Positions 28,251-38,643 of a DNA stretch of 64,000 nt are shown piece after piece. The notes under the pieces are model-generated. The model made no database searches and was not told the DNA's origin. It was given only the letters and a program-made list of their open reading frames with translations. A program made the translations under genes and the position numbers. Numbering within the stretch: position 1 is the first letter of the stretch; each line of letters opens with the position of its first letter. The stretch is from Cystobasidiomycetes sp. EMM_F5 (Eukaryota), in assembly GCA_051047955.1 (NCBI GenBank), contig JBPGPT010000020.1:62001-126000 (forward strand), given 5' to 3'.

Positions 28251-28450
28251 AATTTGGATTTGATTTAGCATTGCGCCGATGTCGTGACGACGGATACAAC
28301 TGCAAGAGAACTCGTACGCGGCGACGATACCGGCTGAGCTGAAGTAAACCGTCGCGAAACGGAAAACGGCGAGACAAAATACGCTCGATAGATCCTTATG
28401 AGAATTGGTTTGTTATAGATCTGACCGTGCTTGTCGTGGCTAAGCCTTTT

Positions 28451-28589
28451 GCTTTCTTAGCTCAATAAGTCTTTCTCGATTCCTCAGGGTCGGCCCCGAC
28501 TAATCTGGTTTCTGTCATTACGTGGTAGAGCGCCAGTCTTGTATCATCGTGACAACTGGAGGTCGTTCGTTCGATCCGGGCATGAAGCA
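28451..28589 (+). tRNA. tRNA-Thr(UGU) with two introns: 57 nt at position 14/15 (28465-28521) and 10 nt at canonical 37/38 (28544-28553)
   Basis: Joined exons give a 72-nt cloverleaf: GCTTTCT TA GCTC A|GTGGTA GAGC G CCAGT CT TGT A|A ACTGG AGGTC GTTCG TTCGATC CGGGC ATGAAGC A. Invariant U8, A14, G15:C48, G18G19, U33, T54-T55-C56 and A58 are present, as is the C32:intron G(-3) A-I pair for the 37/38 intron. Confidence 0.9.
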
Positions 28590-28601
28590 TAATCTTGCAT
28601 A

Positions 28602-28606
28602 TTTTT
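28602..28606 (+). terminator. Putative RNA polymerase III terminator (T5) downstream of tRNA-Thr
   Basis: TTTTT begins 13 nt after the discriminator A73. No run of 4 or more T occurs inside the tRNA gene or its introns. Confidence 0.55.
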
Positions 28607-29318
28607 GCTGCAGCCGCTTCCTTTCATCCCCGCTTTCAATTTTCCCTGCAAGCTTAAGAAATGTCAACATCAGGAATAGTGCTTCCTTCTGAGATAGATA
28701 CATGATAAACATCATCTTGAACCTGCAAGGAGCGCTCTCTTCGAGTCCTATTGAAATACTAGCATTACTGCCATTTTACTTGGTGGATTTACTTTTTCTC
28801 GAATTCGAGGAACGTATATACGCAACATGTACAGCACATTTCGTCATCATCAACTATTTCGTTTGCCTTGCAGATGATCACCACATTGCTCCATAATAAA
28901 TTACCACCCTGGGAGCGACTTGTCCAGCGTTCGCGTCTGTACTCGACTTCTCCGCAATCCTGATGCAAGTACCATGCATTGAAGGTGAGATCTGTTTAAG
29001 CTAATTGGCGCGTTGTGCGTTGCTCTAGCCATGCATTCAGGCCATTGAGACTTTTGGGGTAATGCACAGAGGCGGGTCACTCCTTTTCAATTGTAGATTA
29101 TTACTCGCATCTAGATCTATTGGCAAGTATCTCCAAATACCGGTACGAGTACATTCACAAACATTGCTGCGGGTGACGTTGTTTATACGGCAACAATTGA
29201 CCTTCTTCTATCGATATTTGCTCATCAAGAACGCAGACACCCGACGGGCTGGAGAAGATGGTGTGCACTGGCCAAGGGCTGGGCTATATTATATTGTTGC
29301 CCGGTACACACATAATAC

Positions 29319-30077
29319 TTACATCTGAGGGCCATTTACTAACGCTTTCCGCCTATCTCTAGCCTTTTGTATCATATCTTTCGTAAAATCCTCATCATTC
29401 GCATCGATATCTTCTTGCTTTTGCATTTTCTGCTTCTTCCGTATTGGCACTGGTAGGTCGTCGTAAGCTGCTGGTTTTCGAAAAGCTTTTGTATCGGCCT
29501 TGTCTGCTTTCGTGGCTTCGGTTTTCGTGGGCCGCTCGCTTGCGTTTTCTACCGTCTTCTTCTTCCGCTTCTCCGGTGGTGCATCAACATCGACGTCCTG
29601 CATTTCGTGATCATCGTCTGACGCTTGTTGTTTGGCTTTGCCCTTGGCCTTAAATGTGGCGGATCAGAATCATTTGAGGGGTAGATGGAGAACTGGGCAA
29701 GCACACCTTGCCAAAACTCATGCGACCGTTTGTCATACCACCGGTATTTTGCCAGCTCTGAGCTTGCATCGACCCTGATAAACTAGGAAACGCTAGATAG
29801 CTGGCTTCCGTTGTCACCGATCTGCAAATAAATTGGCATTGTCAGCATCGTCATATACAATATGAACAGCATGTTCTTACGGCCTAGCTGCGCGCCCTGC
29901 TCTCGACGTGGAAGCAACAGGAGCATCAGATGCATTTTCTGACTTGACAGGAATTTGTTGCTCAGCCTGAGCTGATATTACAGAGGGAGCTGGCGTCGGC
30001 GCAGATGCAGCTCTCTTCTGCGCCGCACGCTGCATAAACTTCAGATTCAGAGTATTTCCAGATAATTGCGCAGGCAT
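29319..30077 (-). CDS. MPP6-like exosome-associated protein (small, basic, multi-exon)
   Basis: N-terminal LSGNTLNLKFMQRA resembles the Mpp6 LxMKFMQR motif; an internal exon reads YLAFPSLSG...GRMSFG; Lys-rich C-terminus. Confidence 0.55.
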
Positions 30078-30273
30078 GGCTGCTGCAGACCGGGCGGATG
30101 GGCGTGACAACAACAGCGAAACTGTGGTGTTGCGTGCGTATGCGAAAAAGCAAACTAGAAGCTACAGAACGCAGACCATGCGTTGAAAGGCACTAACTGA
30201 GTGTTCGAAATGTGCGCTGACTATCGCTGACTATCCTGATTCTGTACTGGTATTTGCGGAAGCCATTGCTGCG

Positions 30274-32178
30274 TTATGCCAAAGCGAAAAAGGATTCCGC
30301 ACTTTTACCTCTCCATGGAGGGGACAGCCTGTATCGTGCGTGTGATACCGTCAATCGATTATTCAATACGAAATTCGGACCAACTGACTGAGGTAAAGTT
30401 CGGGATCCGCGTAATGCTGCCCTGAAGTACGGAAATGGCGACATAAATACTGGCATGAGTGCAACCATTCCTAGAGGATGTCGGTAGACGGCGCATGCTA
30501 TTGCAGCTGATAGTGCTGCCTTTGACAATGCCCGTGGCGAGAAAGCCGCAAATACTCGCGGTGTAAGGTGGTAGGAGACGGACATAAGTGTAGACAGGAA
30601 CGGTAAGCCCATCTGACTCCATACACTGGGGATCATTATACTGTTGAGTCTTTGTGCAACTTCAATAGCACTCCTGTTCAGCGAATCTGTCAGCTCCACT
30701 TGCTGCGCTGCGGTGGCTTGGATAGTCATCTGAAAGTAGCTATTCAATTGACCATAGAAGACTCAAAAGCCATCATATTTACCTCTTGCTGTTCCGCGAT
30801 GGACAGTATCTCTACTCCCTTTGACTGGAGAGTGACCAGCAGAGTGGCCAGATTCTGACTCTCACGACTGATTCTATCGAGTTGCATGGCTTGATTCTCG
30901 ACGTGCTGGCCAACAAGGCTCTGAAGCAGGTGTTATATTTTTCCTGCCATCATTATTCAAAACTCACGATATTTTGCGTCAATTCGCTCAATTGCGCTGA
31001 AACGATGTTGTACATTCCAGATAGGCGCTCAACGAGTTGAAACATCAGGTTGTGTAAAGTTACGTCATGCTGAGAAGCAGTTATTCATGCTGATATCGCT
31101 GCCCGGTAGTCTTACATACTTCGTGAAGTTGCTGCTGCAAAAGCCGTGTCTGGGTGCGTGTGACCTCGGCAGCAGTATCGCGTAGATGCATAGCATGATT
31201 GCCGAGGTTCGCCTCCAAGTGTGCTGATATCTATTTTCGCTGTCCCTTCAGCCAGAGATCATATGATCCGGAGACTGGACTCACGATAGGAAGAGCCGCC
31301 GTCATTGCGGATGTGACATTGTTGGCGACAAGTTGCTGCTGACGAGCTTCTTCTACTGCCTTGGCTATTGTGCTCAGCATCTGTGCTTGTAGCTGTTCTT
31401 GGGAAGACGCGACTCTCTTCAGTAGCTGTCCCGCTCGGTCAGCCATTTGAGCTTTGAATTCATCAGATAGATACCCACCTCCGTTGTATTTTCGAGATTA
31501 TTGATGGCTGTGTCTGTAGTCTTTTGCCGTTGTTGATGCTTCTTCTGCTCCTCACTGTCTCGTGCAAGTCGGTTCTCACTCTCCTGGAGTATGCCTTTCA
31601 GAAAGTCACTTTGCATCGAGGTCATATTACGATACAAGTTCTTGATGATTGCAGTGTCCTGCCAGCGACTGAGGCTTGAACACATCTTGACGATGTCACG
31701 GGCGAAAGCGACGTATGACGACCAAAATTGCGGGGATCGCGCAAATGCTCTGCAGCACTTCAGTAAGAAATGTGTAAGCATGCAGTTGCATAACCTACTC
31801 GACGCAGATCGATACCGGAATACTCGGACTGCGCATCCAGTCTGTACATTCTTGTGGAACCTTGAGGCCCGCTGCTTTCTCGACTTCACAGATAGTGAGG
31901 GCGGCTGCAAGACGCATACGATCCTCTTCTCGATTTTTGAGAATGTCGCAGTCTGAATGCCACGACTTGACGAAAGATCCATCGCATGTGAATGCGCTTC
32001 TTTCGGCAGCGACGTTTTGAATCCAAGTATTGACCTGTGTCTCCGACTCTGTGTTTGATGGTAGTAAAGCTCTAGGGCCCTGCGCAGGCTGTGATGCCCA
32101 TCGCGGGAGCAGCGTCGAATGCACAATCACGATGTGCGTCAGCATAAGGATAGAGATGGAAGCGGAGATGGTCTTCAT
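30274..32178 (-). CDS. KAR5: Karyogamy/nuclear fusion protein Kar5/Tht1 (GEX1/Brambleberry family)
   Basis: Signal peptide, then the Cys-rich domain CD...DC...RMRLAAALTICEVEKA..VPQEC...CVE|AFARSPQFWSSY...C, coiled coils and a hydrophobic C-terminal region. Confidence 0.8.
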
Positions 32179-32450
32179 GTGTGAGATTGGAATGATGTGA
32201 GGGAGGTTGGTGGGTCAGCGTGAGTGTCAGAAGAGAGGAAAGACTTCGTCTAGAATGCGTCTCATATTGTCGGCGTGATCGGGGACCGTTGAAGCTGGCC
32301 ATAGTCGCCACTGACTCCAGCACGGACCCTCTGACGTTACGGGCAAAGATGGTCTGATCTGATATGGAAAACAAAGCAGAATCATGCTACTATGGCCATG
32401 TGCTACTCGAATTGAAGGTTCAAACATTCAACGACTATGCCGTCCTTCGG

Positions 32451-35400
32451 TCAGCGACGCCGTTTGCTCGGTTGCTTCTGAAAGCCTGTAGAAAGACAAT
32501 CAGCCTCGCTGACATAATGGACTTTAGCCCACACCGACCTGTGAATCTTTTCCCGTTGTCGTCGCTTGAATCCGAGTCGAGCGTAATAGCTTCAGCCATC
32601 CTTGCCGTTCTTCTTCCTGCAGGTTCGGACCCGCCGCGCGCAGTAGATGATTGCGGACGCGACTCCTCGTCCAACTCATCCAGCTCATCTTCCTCTTCCT
32701 CCGACTCGGAAACGACATTCCGGCGGCGCGATTTTGTAGGCTGAGCCGGTTGCTTGCCTTTGTTTTGCGTTGCAGACTTCTTTGGAACTGCCTTTCTCTT
32801 CGAGTTTGCCATCGGCATTTCAATGTCATCCTCCGAGTCCGTCTCACGCGATGCCTCCCTGCCGTAACTCTCCTTCAAGCCGAAGCCAAGTGGTGCCTGA
32901 ATAGTCAGATTTATTGCAGGCCTCTCCTTTCTTCGTGCCCCAATTGATACAGCCCCGTTGCGTCCATCCTTTGGCCTAAAAGCTTTGAAGTTTGGCATGC
33001 CGGCATAGCGCGGGTCTACCGGACCTGCTGCACGTTTCGGTCGCTGTCCGACCATCGAGACAAATCTGATCTGAAAGAAGGTAGCATTGTCGTCTGGCTC
33101 CCATCTGCCTCCGTCTTCCGAATCTTCCTGGAGCTCTTCCTCAACTATATCTCGCTCGTTCCAGCCCATCTTGCGTGCTTCGGGACGCAACGGCTTGACA
33201 ATCTTCAGCCTGTTGAAGTCTTCGTTGAATGCGGCCTCGTCTTTGGTCACTCGCTTCCTTCCAGTCTTAATCTGCAGGTATTTGCTTTCTTTGGACTGCG
33301 TTTGTGCTACTTGCGTTGCGCTATCAACTTCTGACTTTGCTGCGTTTGCAGCAGACTTTGCTGTGGCCTGAGCCCTGGGCTGTTGAGTCTGCTCTGTGCG
33401 TGACCGCTGAGTAGGACGTGGCTGTTCATCGTCGCTGACACCTACAGCAGCAGCAGCCTTCCGCTTCGCTACAGCAGGAACCACTACCTCCTCTACCTCG
33501 GCGTCTTCGACAATACCGGCAAGCGATTCTTGCTCCTTCATTTTCTGCTTTCGCTTGGCAGCTGCTTGTGACATGGCAGACTCCACATCAGGATCAAAGC
33601 TTTTATGCTTCTTGACGGGCGGCTGTACAACCTCAAAATCTGCTTCATCCTGCCCGAGCTCGTGCAGCGGCGTAAGCTGGCTGTTCTCAGTGCCAGCGCG
33701 GCGCTTCAGACCTGCATACTTGCTGTTTGCTCGTGGGATAGTAGTGCTCGCAGCGTTGCCTGTACGAGACGTTGTTGATGCCATGCTAGACCCGGCGTTG
33801 TCTACTTCCATCGTCGAACCGTCGCGGGAAGGTATGCGAGGAGGATGCGATACCAGCTGAGTTTGTATCATATCATCATTGAACATGTCTGCGAGCGGAT
33901 CCACAGCGGGTCGTGCGCCAAGTTTACGAGGCTTGAGATATATATATCGCGTCAGTACTCGTCGGAGTTGCATATGCAGTGCACACCTTCTTCGATGGCT
34001 TGGTAGTGAGGTCGGAAACCGCTACATCTTCCGTGGCAGCTTGCCTGGCAAGAAACGGTCGCTGACCAGCAGCTAACGGAGCGTCATTAGGGTTCGTGGC
34101 AGGGAAGGATATGTCTGCCGTGGCAGCAGGGGCAGAGGGTGTAGGACCCGGGACTTAAATCCTGTCAGCCTGTATCGTCACACCACGACAAAAGCAAGTG
34201 CACACCTTGAGAGGCTGTATTTCGCTGTGAGGCTGGTGGCCGACCGACGTCGCCTAGTGGCATACCATGCATGATCGCATTTGTGATCTCCGCCCATGAT
34301 ACGAACGTTTTGACGCTGACGCTATTCAGAAACTGACGTTAGCACAACGGACCATGGCTAGTCGTTGGCGTTCGTACATCTCTGCACCATCCTCAAGTAC
34401 TTTGCGCTCTTGTGCACTGAGTCCATCAGGTAGCAGCGGACCAAGAGCGTATGATAGCCCCGTAGCTTTTGTGCGATGCTGCTGTTTGAAAGCCCGAACG
34501 TCTCGCTCGAATGCGTCTACATCAGCCAACGACGGCTGACATACGAGACCGCCGGAATTCTCGATGAGGAGGGGAAGATTGGGATCCTGCCCGCGATCTT
34601 TCGTAAGGAAGCACGTCGCGTCAACAAGACATGACAGTACGTACGGAAGAATGATCGATGAAGATGCAGCCTTCGAAAACGATCGATCGAGCATTGTTTG
34701 CTGAATATAATGCGCGTTCTGCAGCGGTCGCTGCGCGATCATCAACAGGCGGGAAAAAGTCCTTCTCATCCGGCCAATTACCTTCGAAGTCTTCTTCCAG
34801 TTTGCTGCGCAACACCCCTGCAGAATTCGCATTTGCTGAAGGCGTTCCTGATTGGAGTAAAGCATCTAGCCATAGAGCATTGACAATGGTGAGATTACAG
34901 GCTGCGGCCATCAGCTGCGGTGGGGTGACATCCTTCTGCAGCTTGTTGGTAAGGTAGTGGGTATGGCTCTTGTTGGGAAGCGTATGCGTGACGTCTCCTC
35001 CCGATGAGGATACTGCTGCTGAGAAGGTAACACCGAGCTTCGCGGCTTGTTCTACGAGCTCGGGCAGATTCTTGCGTCTTGCGGAACGATGGAATACGCT
35101 GACAGGGCAATACTGGAAGCTGCGATAATACGGACCAAGTGAGAAGGATGGACTACAAGCCGACATAGCCCACTCACTATAGCAAGCTGTCGTGATCTGG
35201 CAACGTCTTGATAATCATGCCATCTTGGATAGTGATATGGCCACCTGCTTGAACCTCAATGTCCTGCTTTCCGGCCTGTATGACGAAGACTGCTTTTGCG
35301 CCTGCAACCAGCTCTAGCGTGTATGGCGGCACAATTGTCGCCTGTGGCCCAGACACCTGGACCTTGTTCGGGTCGGCCTGACTGGCATGAATGGTGAAAG

Positions 35401-35634
35401 CAGCATCCTTGCGCGAGTGCCTCTTGTGTGTCAGATAGAATTCAGTCTCCTCGGATCTCGAAGCGCGATACACCCCTCCAGGACGTAACCAGTATCGCGT
35501 ATCTCTTTCCACCTCGGTTCCTGCATTTCCGACACTTCGTCAGTAAGGCGTTGCAGGCGACGCTCGTTATAATCCAACGTGCCTTTCGTAATGCGAAGGC
35601 CCTGCTCCTGCGCCTTCGAGTGCACCGTCCACAT
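32451..35634 (-). CDS. NBS1: Nibrin/Nbs1 (Xrs2), MRN complex subunit
   Basis: MW start, FHA-like and BRCT-like exons, and the Mre11-binding motif PNFKAFRPK. After a 53-nt last intron the C-terminus reads DSSDDNGKRFTGFQKQPSKRRR*, an acidic + FxxF Tel1/ATM-binding-type tail. Confidence 0.8.
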
Positions 35635-36066
35635 TTTCTCGAGTTTCGATATTGTTATACGGCGTCATGTACTCGAATGCGACGCTATAATGACGGCCAG
35701 CAGTAGGCAGGCTTCATGAGTCAACGATTCTCAGAGTTCTGCAGTCACAGTCACAGCTTGGACTTGACATGGTTTCATACTCTTGCGGTAGTATAATTAA
35801 TAACCATTGGACTTGGACAACTAACAATCTGCCCGAGAAGACCATGGCTGATAGGCTGCAAGCAGTCGACATTCTGGATCACAACTACCAGCCTTCATTA
35901 TTACTGACGAGCCGCAACAACATTTCCGACCAGCTTTACCGGCTACAGCGCGCATAGTCTTCGGTCTTCGGCTTCATTCCCGACTGCTCAATATTTCCGG
36001 AAGTTGAAGGTTGTCTACGCTTTTCCCTCTGCGCACCACCCTTACTACCTCTGCCTAATAGCCGCC

Positions 36067-38050
36067 ATGGCTTCCGCAGCTGCAAAAAGAAGCACGATCC
36101 ACCGACTGATGCGGACAGTGACGCACCACAGCTGCTGCCCGTGTCACACATGCCAGACTTCAGGCGGCATGTCGGATGTCGCAAACGCAGCTCAAGCTTT
36201 GATGAGTAGTGGAAGGTCGAGGATCCAGACGCGTGCTGCGACCGTTGCCGGAAATGCCGGTAGTACAGACTATGCCTTTGAAGTCAGCGCTGCCAACCTA
36301 CGTTACGGAGATGGAGTGACGGTGAGCCACGATATTGCTTCTTCGATTGTTTGTGAGTGGTGCTAAAGCGCGCATCACCAGAGGGAGGTCGGCATGGATC
36401 TTGCAAATCAAAAAGCTACAAAGGTCGCAGTCTTTACAGACAAGACGATTGCCAAATTATTGCCAATGAAGGCGTCCATTCAATCACTTGAAGAGAATGG
36501 TGTCAAATAGTAAGATTCGGACTGCTTCTGCTTGTCTCAGCTCGTGTTGACACTTTGGTTTCGTAGCGAGATCTTCGACAGGTGTCGAGTGGAGCCAAAC
36601 TTAGAGAGGTAGTCACATGTGCGAGGAAGCTTTTCAATACTGCATCTGATGTTTCTTTCGATAGCTGGACGGACGCAATCACTTTTGGCAAATCGCAAGA
36701 TTTCAGCCACTTTTTGGCCGTCGGAGGAGGGTCGTCGATGGATACAGCCAAAGTCGCCAATCTCTACTCGTGCTACCCTGACGCAGATATTCTAGATTTC
36801 GTAAATGCACCAGTCGGGAAGGGATTGCCCATCGCAAAGAGACTCAAACCTCTGATTGCTGTTCCGACAACGGTAAGATCTGCCTCGCCTGCATTCGATG
36901 CGAGGTCCAAACTAAGTATTGACACGGTCGGGCGTGATTAGGCTGGAACCGGTAGCGAAACGACTGGAACTGCCATCTTTGACTATACACCTCTCCAAGC
37001 GAAGACAGGCATTGCAAACAGGGCTCTGCGACCAAATTTGGGCATTATTGACCCCTTGAACACGGTAGGTGCATACTGTCTCCACTGGTAATACAAGCTG
37101 AGCGGAATTTGCGTCCTCTTCAGGACTCGTGTCCCCGTGCCGTGCACATCTCCTCCGGTCTGGACGTGCTGTTCCATTCGCTGGAGTCATACACCGCTAT
37201 CCCATACAATGAGCGTGGTCCGCGACCAGACAATCCGCTCAAACGACCAGCGTACCAGGGTCGCAATCCGTAAGTACCAGCGAGACACAGTGCACATTAC
37301 GATTGACGTCAATCGTCAATTTTACAGTATCTCCGACGTCTTTTCGTACTGGGCACTTCAGCAGACCGTCAAATACCTACCGCGCGTGGCAGCAAACCAG
37401 GACGACAAGGAAGCCAAGTCGCAAATGCTTCTCGCCAGTACATTTGCCGGTATCGGATTTGGTAACGCGGGCGTGCATCTGTGCCACGGTTTATCATACG
37501 GTATCAGTGGGCTAAACAAGTCTCTGGCGAAATGGACGGGATCTCTGTACGGCCTGGATTATCCCCTAGTTCCGCAGTGAGTGTATTAGAGCACGAGCCG
37601 TACCAATAAGCTGAAGGACGTATCGTACAGTGGCATCTCTGTGGCCTTGACTGGCCCAGCTGTCTTCCGCTGGACAGCACCGTCGTCGCCAGATCGACAT
37701 CGCCAAGCTGCTGCAATTTTCAATGAGCACAAGCCAGACGGTATCGACGAATCGAGAGTCAGTGATGACGACATTGGCGAACTTCTGCATGATCGTATCG
37801 CAAGATTCTTGGTGGATGTGGATGTACCTAGAGGATTGACTGCTCTAGGGTAGGTACTCGTAACGACTTCTCTAGTGTCACATACTGATTCTCACGCAAT
37901 ATCAAAAGATACAAGAACGCTGATATCCCAGCACTAGTCAAAGCGGCCATCCCTCAACGCCGAGTACTCGATCTCGCACCAAACTTCAACACCGGCTCCA
38001 ACGGTGAAGAACACTTGACGCACATACTCGAGGGCGCTATGAAGTTCTAA
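36067..38050 (+). CDS. Hydroxyacid-oxoacid transhydrogenase (Fe-ADH family, ADHFE1-like), mitochondrial
   Basis: [76 protein letters not shown]; stop TAA at 38048-38050. Confidence 0.93.
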
Positions 38051-38076
38051 GCGATGTTCGTTGATCGGTGTTCTAC

Positions 38077-38449
38077 TTAGAGCATGGTGTAGCAAACCTC
38101 CGTTCCAGTCCCACTGCGGAACAAATCGCATTCTTCGAGCTTTGCCGTTTCTGAGAGGGGCTTGCCGAAGGCTGACGAGCTATATAAGGCGCCTACTGAT
38201 GCTACGCCCGCATCTCGCAACTTGTCTTTGACATCGCTAATCGTGGCTCCAACAGGGATTGTGGCTGAGGGCATCCGGTTGTCACGCTCACGGCAACGCC
38301 ATTTAGGTTACGAGGATCGGCTCACTAACTATCACGGCCTTGATTGGAATTCTATCCGCACAGACAATGCACAGTAGGTCTGTCGTTGGCGGTACTGCAG
38401 TGACTGGTGGAATCCCTCCATTCCGCAACAATCCGAAATGGAAACCCAT
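38077..38449 (-). CDS. Small orphan protein (~103 aa) with a possible ubiquitin-like beta-grasp fold; 2 exons (38449-38326, 38264-38077)
   Basis: A 61-nt phase-1 intron (GTGAGC...CTCAG) joins MGFHFG...LLCIVCADRIPIKAVIV to TTIPVGATISDVKDKL...GKPLSETAKLEECDL in frame. The pattern recalls ubiquitin's TIxxVKxKI and GKxLxDxxTL. Confidence 0.5.
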
Positions 38450-38643
38450 CGGTGCTCTCGAAAGTTAGTATGCGAGTACTCTAATATCATGGCGACGATT
38501 AAACGAAATGCAATGCTCCCCTTGAGAACGTTCCCTTTGTCATCTCCAAATACTGGCTCGCTTACGAAATGCGGTTCCCGTGCCAACAACACGATTCGAC
38601 TCTATTGTGCAACTCTGCAAAGTAATACTGCTATGTAACTATT

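Noticed and set aside
28465..28521. Interpreting the tRNA insert as a U12-type intron, a GT-AG intron or a BHB intron
   Set aside because: It lacks ATATCCTT/TCCTTAAC; no GT...AG boundary preserves the D-loop GG; and the 4-bp central helix of a BHB cannot form.
29319..35634. KAR5 next to NBS1 and MPP6-like as a mating-type or meiosis cluster
   Set aside because: No pheromone precursor, STE3 receptor or homeodomain gene is seen. Adjacency alone is not evidence.
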